From Polyangiales bacterium (GTDB lineage Bacteria; Myxococcota_A; Polyangia; Polyangiales; Ga0077539): 64,000 nucleotides of DNA. The notes under the pieces were generated by a model that was not told the origin of the DNA, did no database searches, and worked only from the letters and a program-made list of their open reading frames with translations. The DNA lies in assembly GCA_044229975.1 (NCBI GenBank), contig JBGARZ010000026.1, positions 62,728 through 126,727 on the forward strand, read 5' to 3'. Of this stretch, positions 57,526-64,000 are shown in pieces. The first letter of the stretch is position 1. Every line of letters begins with the position of its first letter. Both the position numbers and the translations under genes were made by a program.

Positions 57526-59517
57526 ATGCGTCGCCTCCGCGGATCGATCGCCGTCTGCGCTGTCCTGTCCGTCGGCTGCACCGGCGTGCTCGGCGGCGCC
57601 GACCCCGCGGACGCGCTCGTGGAGGACATCGACCCTACGACGGACCTCGCGGCGAAGACCGACACCGCTCCGCCTGTCGACACGCAGCCGGGACGCGATG
57701 TCGGCTCGGCGGTCGATGTCCCGGCAAGCGACGCGGGTCCGGTCGACGTGCCTTCGATCGACGTCGCAGGCGAAGACATCATCACGGTCGACGACGTCGG
57801 CACGATCGATGTCCCCGCGATCGACACCGGCGCGCGGGACGTTCCAGCCATCGACGTCGGTCGTTCCGACGTTGGCACGTCCATGGACACGGGCGTCCGC
57901 GACGTCGGCGTCGACAACGGCCCGCGCGACGTCGGCTTCCCCGATGTCGGCGTCGATGCGGGCTTTCGCGACGTCGGCGTCGACACGGGCCCGCGCGACA
58001 GCGGCGTCTTCCCGCCCGCGTGTACACCCGCCGCGGGTGGCGGGCGCACCACCGTGAGCGCGCCGACGTTGACCCGATCGTTTCGCGCGATGGGCGAAGG
58101 CGGTTGGCTCGGCTCCCCCGCCGTCGTCGACCTCGACCGCGACGGAACCAACGAGGTCGTCGTCGCCCGCGGCGCGCGCGTCTTCGTCTTCACCCCGACC
58201 GGAACCACCCGCTGGTCAGCCGCCGTCAACGGCACCAACCGCGTGTGGGCCGCGCCCGTCATCGCGGACTTCCAGGGCGACGCCAACCTGGAGATCGCCG
58301 CCGCTGCGGGCAGTCGCGTGCAGATGTTCGCCGCGGCAGGCGCGGTCACGACGGGCTTCCCGGTGACGTGGCGCGACGAGCTGCGATCGCTCGCGGCGGG
58401 TGACCTCGACGGCGACGGACGCGCGGAGATCGTGACGGCGTCGACCACCCGCTTGGAGGGTTCGCCCGCGCGCGACCTGCTCATGGCGTGGCGCGGGACC
58501 GGCGCCGTGATGACCGGCTTCCCGCCGAACACCTCGCGCGCCTCTGGCTGCGACAGCGCGTGCGACGTGACGGGCGCCTTCGACCAGAACCTCGCCATCG
58601 GCCCCATCGACGACGACGCCGCCATGGACGTGCTCGCCCCGATGGACAACGCGTACATGTCCTGGCACCGCGGGAGCGGCGAGGCGTTTCGCGCGGCTTC
58701 CATCTTCCGCGGTGTGACGCGCGTGCCCGGCATCCGCTTCCTGCACAGCTACGCGGAGGCCCAGCAGGGCTACTCGGAGACCGAGTCGACCTCCAACCAG
58801 GCGCACTTCACCAACAGCGCCCCGGCCATCGCCGACATCGACGGCGACGGAACCCGCGAGCTCGTGGTGCTCGCCTCCGTGCAGAACGCCTCGCAGTCCG
58901 ACCGCCAGCGCGGCGTCGCGCTGTGGGTGGTGCGCTCGGACGGCACACGCCCCGCGACGTGGACGACGCCGTTTCATGTTCCGACGTACCTGTCGGGCCT
59001 CGTCGATCTCGGTGGCAACATCGTGGCGGCCACCAACCAGGTGAGCGTGGTCGAGCTCGACACCGCGTGGCCCGGATTGGAGATGGTCTTCGCGGGCTTC
59101 GACGGGCGCATCCACTGCGTCGGCAGCGACCGCACCGAGCGCTGGACCTACGCGTACACCACGGCGGCGAGCACGCTCACGGGCGGCATGGCGGTGGCCG
59201 ATCTCTCGGGCGATGGGCGACCCGAGATCGTCTTCGCGAGCTACTCGACGGCGAGCAACGTGAGCGCGCTGCACGTGCTCGACGCGCGCGGCGCGCTGCT
59301 GCATCGGGTGGTGCTGCCGGGGAGAGGGTCGATGGCCGTCCCCACGGTGGCGGACGTCGATCGGGACGGGGTGCTCGACGTGGTGGTGAGCCTGAAGGAC
59401 GCGGCCTCCGACGGCGCCGAGGTGCTGGTGTACAGCGTCGCGGGGTCAGCGCCCAACTGCCTGCCGTGGCCCACCGGGCGGGCCAACGTGTTGCGCAACG
59501 GTGTGCCGACGCGATGA
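57526..59517 (+). CDS. FG-GAP/VCBS repeat lipoprotein
   Basis: Lipobox SVGC; DV[GP] linker; SPAVVDLDRDG, AGDLDGDG, PAIADIDGDG, PTVADVDRDG. Confidence 0.85.
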   Translation: MRRLRGSIAVCAVLSVGCTGVLGGADPADALVEDIDPTTDLAAKTDTAPPVDTQPGRDVGSAVDVPASDAGPVDVPSIDVAGEDIITVDDVGTIDVPAIDTGARDVPAIDVGRSDVGTSMDTGVRDVGVDNGPRDVGFPDVGVDAGFRDVGVDTGPRDSGVFPPACTPAAGGGRTTVSAPTLTRSFRAMGEGGWLGSPAVVDLDRDGTNEVVVARGARVFVFTPTGTTRWSAAVNGTNRVWAAPVIADFQGDANLEIAAAAGSRVQMFAAAGAVTTGFPVTWRDELRSLAAGDLDGDGRAEIVTASTTRLEGSPARDLLMAWRGTGAVMTGFPPNTSRASGCDSACDVTGAFDQNLAIGPIDDDAAMDVLAPMDNAYMSWHRGSGEAFRAASIFRGVTRVPGIRFLHSYAEAQQGYSETESTSNQAHFTNSAPAIADIDGDGTRELVVLASVQNASQSDRQRGVALWVVRSDGTRPATWTTPFHVPTYLSGLVDLGGNIVAATNQVSVVELDTAWPGLEMVFAGFDGRIHCVGSDRTERWTYAYTTAASTLTGGMAVADLSGDGRPEIVFASYSTASNVSALHVLDARGALLHRVVLPGRGSMAVPTVADVDRDGVLDVVVSLKDAASDGAEVLVYSVAGSAPNCLPWPTGRANVLRNGVPTR

Positions 59518-60545
59518 CCGAGATCGCCCGTCGCCTCCAGGCCGCCGTCGCGTTCCTCGTGCTCGTGGTGCTGCTCGGCACGACCGGCATCCACCAGATC
59601 GGCGGCGGCCGATGGACCTGGGGGCAGTGCCTCTATCACACGATCATCACCATCTCGACGGTCGGCTTCGGCGAGCTCCCGGGGATGGAGAACAGCCCGT
59701 GGGCGCGCGCGTTCACGGTGGCGCTGGTCGTGTTCGGCGCCGGCTCGGTGGTGTACTTCCTCTCGGTCTCCACGGCCCTCGTGGTGGAAGGTGAGCTCCG
59801 TGACCTCTTCCGACAGCGACGCATGAGCAAGACCATCGACCACCTGAGCGGGCACGTCATCGTGTGCGGCGTCGGGCGCACCGGGCAACACGTCATCGAG
59901 GAGCTGCACGCCACGCACACGCCCTTCGTCGCCGTGGACTCCGACGCGGAGAAGCTCCGCCGACTGCACGACCAGTACGAGAAGGGCGGGCGCTTCCACT
60001 ACGTGGTGGGCGACGCGACCGACGACGACGTGATGCGCGCGGCGGGCATCGCGCGGGCGAAGGGGCTCGTCTCGGCGCTCGACGACGACAAGGCCAACCT
60101 CTTCGCGACGCTGACGGCGCGCTCGCTCAACCCCACGCTCCGCATCATCGCCAAGATGCTCGACGCCGGGACCGAGCCGAAAATGCGCCGCGCCGGGGCC
60201 GACAAGGTCGTGTCGCCCAACATCATCGGAGGGATGCGCCTCGCGAGCGAGATGATCCGCCCCAACGTGACGGAGTTTCTCGACCAGATGCTGCACGCGC
60301 CCGAGCACGTACTGCGCATCGAGGAGGCGGTGGTCGGCAAGGGAAGCGTCGCGGCGGACAAGACGTTGGGATCGGTCGGGCTGCGGAAGATCTGCGACGT
60401 GCTGGTGGTGGCCGTGCGCTCGGCGGACGGGAAGTATCGGTTCAACCCGGGCGCGGAGACGCTGCTGGAGCCGGGCGCGACGCTCATCGTGCTCGGCGAG
60501 CGGACGGAGATCGTGCGGCTGCGAGCGGCGGTCGAAGCGGGGTAG
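59514..60545 (+). CDS. Potassium channel with RCK (TrkA-N/TrkA-C) domains
   Basis: TM-pore-TM with TISTVGFGE filter; VIVCGVGRTG; GDAT; ATGA overlap with the upstream gene. Confidence 0.92.
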   Translation: MTEIARRLQAAVAFLVLVVLLGTTGIHQIGGGRWTWGQCLYHTIITISTVGFGELPGMENSPWARAFTVALVVFGAGSVVYFLSVSTALVVEGELRDLFRQRRMSKTIDHLSGHVIVCGVGRTGQHVIEELHATHTPFVAVDSDAEKLRRLHDQYEKGGRFHYVVGDATDDDVMRAAGIARAKGLVSALDDDKANLFATLTARSLNPTLRIIAKMLDAGTEPKMRRAGADKVVSPNIIGGMRLASEMIRPNVTEFLDQMLHAPEHVLRIEEAVVGKGSVAADKTLGSVGLRKICDVLVVAVRSADGKYRFNPGAETLLEPGATLIVLGERTEIVRLRAAVEAG

Positions 60546-60621
60546 GCGTCTCGGGTTGGAAGAGGAGTGACACAGTCGCGACGTCGTCTCCAGATGGGCG
60601 ACGCACCCGATCCACACTTGA

Positions 60622-63600
60622 TCAAGGAAGGCCGAAGATCGGGCCGCGAGGTGTCAGCGCGGGGTATCCCGTTCCGTCTCCGAGTTCCCCGTTGTTGTTG
60701 CGCCCCCAACAGCGAACGCCCCCGTCTCGAAGTCGCGCGCATGCGTAACGGGCTCCCGCCGAGACCATCGTCACATCCGCGAGCCCCATCACATCGACCG
60801 GCAGGGACCGATTCACGGTCGTGCCGTCGCCCAGAGCACCCTCTGTGTTGTCGCCCCAACAGGAGACGGTTCCCCCGCTTCGCAGCGCGCAGGTGTGCTC
60901 CTCGCCCGCAGAGAGCGCGATGGCGTCGGTCAAGCCGCTCACGCGACCGGGACGTGGGAGATTGACCGTAGAGCCGTCTCCGAGCTGCCCGCCGGAGTTG
61001 TATCCCCAACACCGCACCTCACCCGGCTTCAATGCACAGACGTGCTGTCCACCCGCCACAAGATGGGTGACCCCCGAGAGGAAACCCGTCCCGGAGGACT
61101 CGCGAACCTGCATGGGCAACCAACTGTTGTTCGTGGTTCCGTCTCCAAGCTGTCCACGGGAGTTGTTACCCCAGCACCAGACCGTGCCCGCGGTGCGCAT
61201 TGCGCACGCGAAGTCCGAGCCGATGGCCAGCGCGGTGACGTCGTTGATGGGGGACGAGCCGCCCACCAGACTCGGTGTCGTCCGGGTGCTGCTCGTACCG
61301 TCGCCGAGCCGCCCGTGTTCGTTGCTTCCCCAGCACCCAACCACACCTCCAAGCCGTCGGACGCAGCCGAACGAGTCCCCAATGCCCAGCTCCACCGCGT
61401 CGGAGATGCCCGGCACGGCCTCCAGGCCGGACCCTCCCGCAATGCGACATCGCACGGTACCCGCTGAACTGAGGACGCACACCCGACCGTCGTGTCCGAT
61501 CGAAAGCGCGCGAACCCCCGTGATGTCGTCGGGCTCGGGCCCGAAACGACGGCTCGCCACAGAGCGGGTCACCGAGAACAGCCCCCAGCTCGCGACCATG
61601 CCTCCTGGGCGAAAGGCGTAGGTCGAAGCGCCGAGTCCGGGGCTCGCCACTACCGCGAGGTTGCATGTCTCTCCCGAGCACGGGAGCCCCCCGGATAGAC
61701 CGAAGACCGGCAGTACAGTGGTGGTGGAGGTTCGCGACGTCCGGGTGCCGTCGCCCAACTGACCATTGGAGTTGCGCCCCCAACAGATGGTCCGGCCCGT
61801 CGGCGAGACTCCGCAGTTCGAGCTGCCGCCCGCAGCTACGTGCAGGATGTCGCTCGCGACAGACCTGGGTGTCGAGTTGAAGTTCTGCCCCCAACACCAC
61901 ACCTCGCCGTCGGTCTTGCGAGCGCAGGTGTGGTGGGACCCGGCCGAGAGTTCGGTGACGTTGTTGAGCCCTGTCGGGGAGACCGGGGTCAGGCGTTGGG
62001 TACTCGTTCCGTCCCCAATCTGCCCCTCCACGTTCGCGCCCCAGCAGCGGACACCTCCCGAGCCGACCACCGCGCACGAGTGGGTCGCACCAATCGCCAC
62101 CTCCGTCGCGCTCGTCAGGCCAGCTACGACCGTGGGCGTCGGGCGGTTCGTCGAGGTGCCATCACCGAGCTGCCCGCTCGTGTTCAGACCCCAGCAGCGG
62201 GCGGTGCCATCGCCGAGCACCGCGCAGGTGTGATTCTCCCCGGCCGCGAGGCGAACGACCTGTGAGATCCCGGTCACCTCGGTCGGCGCGGAGCGCGCGG
62301 TGGTCGTCCCGTCTCCGAGCTGCCCCGACGCGTTGGCGCCCCAACACACGACCGTGCCCCCGCGGCGGAGCGCGCAGGTGTGCGTCCCGCCCAGTGCGAC
62401 CTGAACGACGTCACCGAGCCCCACAACGTTCACGAACGTACTGCGGTTCTCGCTCGTCCCGTCGCCGAGCTGCCCGGCTTCGTTCCGTCCCCAGCAGGAC
62501 ACCGAGCCCGCGGTCGATACCGCGCAGGTGTGATACGAGCCCGCGTCCAGCCCGATGGCTCCTGAGAGGCCGAGGACGAACGTCGGCGTCGTCGTAGACC
62601 GCGCGAGCGGCCCCGCCCCGAGCTGACCGTAGGTGGTAGCCCCCCAACACACTACGCGGCCTTCTGTCAGGATCACGCACGCGTGGTCCTCACCGACCGC
62701 GGGCGCGCCGACGCCGCCGACCGTCGGTTCGACGCACTCACCGGCCCTGCACGCCCGTCCAGAAGTGCAGCTCTGGAAACACCGGCCACAGCTCGACGGC
62801 GAAGCGAGGTCTGCTTCGCACCCGTTGGCTGCCGCGCTATCGCAGTCCGCGAAGCCCGCACGACAACTGCCCACGCCGCACGAGCCGCCTCCGCAGCGTC
62901 CGATCGCGTTCGGAACCGTGCAGAGGGTTGCCGATGAGTCGTCGTCGACGGCGCCATCGCAATCGTCGTCGACCGAGTTGCACGACTCCGCCGCGGGCAA
63001 CAGCTCCCCTACGCACGCGGACATCCACTGACGGTCGGTGCCGCAGATCTGTGTTCCGCTCCGGCAGCGACCTGCGTCGCGCGTCGCGGACGGACCGGAG
63101 TAGCAGGCGCGCGTCGCACCGGGTGTGCAATCGCCGCAGCCTTCGTCGACGGCGCCGTCGCAGTCGTCGTCCAGGGTGTTGCCGCACGCCTCGACCGCGG
63201 ACGGGGTCCGTTCACCAAGGCAGTCGCCGACGAAGGCCCCGGCGGGAGAGCACACCTGGACGCCTGCCAGGCATCGGCCGACTCCCCGCGTGTCGGACGG
63301 GCCGGAGTAGCAAGCGCGGGTGGTGCCAGGAGCGCAGTCGCCGCACCCCTCGTCGACTTCTCCGTCGCAGTCGTCATCCATGGCGTTGCCGCAGATCTCA
63401 CTCATCGCGGGCACGTGCTCACCCAGACAGGTCACGTCGAAGGTCCCCGACGGGCCGCAGAGCTGCGTCCCGGCGCGACAGACGCCCCGGTCTCGGGTGC
63501 CCGATGGTCCGCCGTAGCAAGGGCGCGTCGTACCCGGCGAGCAACCTCCGATTGCGTCACCGACCTCAACAGCGTCCGTTCCGGTACGGTCGACGCCGAT

Positions 63601-63873
63601 GGCTACGTCCAGATCGCTCGGTCCTCGCACGTCGTCAGTCGGAGCGTCGGAAACGTCGCTTGCCAGTATGTCCCCCACCTGCGCGTCGCCCGACTGCGCG
63701 TCCATGCCCGGCGGCACGTCGCCGCGAGCGCCATCGTCCGCCGACGGTGCGTCCAGCAGGGGAGCATCGACGGTCAACCCGAGGTCCTCGGATCCGCCTC
63801 CCTGGTCTGTCCCAGCATCCGATCGCGGCGGTTGAGAACCTCCCCCACACGCAGCCACGACGGAACGTGTCAA
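60622..63873 (-). CDS. RCC1/BLIP-II repeat protein with N-terminal Cys/Asp-rich repeats; 5' end uncertain
   Basis: Many HTCA....G.V.CWG.N..GQLGDGT repeats; three C.PG.TR.CY.GP..DDDCDG.VD units; VAAC lipobox-like motif without a good h-region. Confidence 0.85.
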   Translation of the reverse strand: MTRSVVAACGGGSQPPRSDAGTDQGGGSEDLGLTVDAPLLDAPSADDGARGDVPPGMDAQSGDAQVGDILASDVSDAPTDDVRGPSDLDVAIGVDRTGTDAVEVGDAIGGCSPGTTRPCYGGPSGTRDRGVCRAGTQLCGPSGTFDVTCLGEHVPAMSEICGNAMDDDCDGEVDEGCGDCAPGTTRACYSGPSDTRGVGRCLAGVQVCSPAGAFVGDCLGERTPSAVEACGNTLDDDCDGAVDEGCGDCTPGATRACYSGPSATRDAGRCRSGTQICGTDRQWMSACVGELLPAAESCNSVDDDCDGAVDDDSSATLCTVPNAIGRCGGGSCGVGSCRAGFADCDSAAANGCEADLASPSSCGRCFQSCTSGRACRAGECVEPTVGGVGAPAVGEDHACVILTEGRVVCWGATTYGQLGAGPLARSTTTPTFVLGLSGAIGLDAGSYHTCAVSTAGSVSCWGRNEAGQLGDGTSENRSTFVNVVGLGDVVQVALGGTHTCALRRGGTVVCWGANASGQLGDGTTTARSAPTEVTGISQVVRLAAGENHTCAVLGDGTARCWGLNTSGQLGDGTSTNRPTPTVVAGLTSATEVAIGATHSCAVVGSGGVRCWGANVEGQIGDGTSTQRLTPVSPTGLNNVTELSAGSHHTCARKTDGEVWCWGQNFNSTPRSVASDILHVAAGGSSNCGVSPTGRTICWGRNSNGQLGDGTRTSRTSTTTVLPVFGLSGGLPCSGETCNLAVVASPGLGASTYAFRPGGMVASWGLFSVTRSVASRRFGPEPDDITGVRALSIGHDGRVCVLSSAGTVRCRIAGGSGLEAVPGISDAVELGIGDSFGCVRRLGGVVGCWGSNEHGRLGDGTSSTRTTPSLVGGSSPINDVTALAIGSDFACAMRTAGTVWCWGNNSRGQLGDGTTNNSWLPMQVRESSGTGFLSGVTHLVAGGQHVCALKPGEVRCWGYNSGGQLGDGSTVNLPRPGRVSGLTDAIALSAGEEHTCALRSGGTVSCWGDNTEGALGDGTTVNRSLPVDVMGLADVTMVSAGARYACARLRDGGVRCWGRNNNGELGDGTGYPALTPRGPIFGLP

Positions 63874-63922
63874 CGAACGTGAGACAGTTTGGGTGAAAGA
63901 TTACTGAAGCATCTGCTCCTGC

Positions 63923-63986
63923 GCGGGGGTCGCACCCCCGCACCCCGCGGGTTCCTTGGGCGCGCAGGACGGCGGCCCGTCCTGCG
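63923..63986. repeat. Two adjacent GC-rich hairpins (REP-like), may continue past the window end
   Basis: GCGGGGGT-CGC-ACCCCCGC (63923-63941) and CGCAGGACGG-CGGC-CCGTCCTGCG (63963-63986). Confidence 0.5.
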
Positions 63987-64000
63987 TCCCGGCGGAACTC

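Overview
Very GC-rich, gene-dense bacterial window. The gene repertoire (Cys-rich and FG-GAP lipoproteins, many Ser/Thr kinases, PEGA protein, FHA-sigma54 activator, RpoH-box sigma factor) points to Myxococcota, probably Polyangiales; this is an inference. In order: (1) 5' part of a secreted Fam20C/four-jointed-like kinase; (2) a complete type II secretion operon gspC-N with an extra GspG-like subunit that lacks a prepilin cleavage site, preceded by a candidate sigma54 promoter and a palindromic upstream site; (3) an MFS transporter and a cytochrome P460-family lipoprotein; (4) a divergent signalling locus, FIST sensor-PP2C phosphatase-SiaC-like-SiaB-like on the minus strand and FHA/sigma54 activator-kinase/STAND ATPase-SiaC-like-SiaB-like on the plus strand. 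This duplicated partner-switching module has no diguanylate cyclase in the window and is my best candidate for an undescribed system; (5) a kinase-PEGA-integrin-like cassette; (6) rpoH, rsmI, trpS, pyrE; (7) several modular surface lipoproteins; (8) an orphan radical SAM/SPASM enzyme next to a kinase, with a 290-bp near-perfect palindrome upstream; (9) an acyl-CoA dehydrogenase and an ILVBL/HACL2-like TPP enzyme, a K+ channel and an RCC1-repeat lipoprotein of atypical composition. I saw no rRNA, tRNA, CRISPR array or transposase. All family calls come from motifs recognised by eye; no searches were run.
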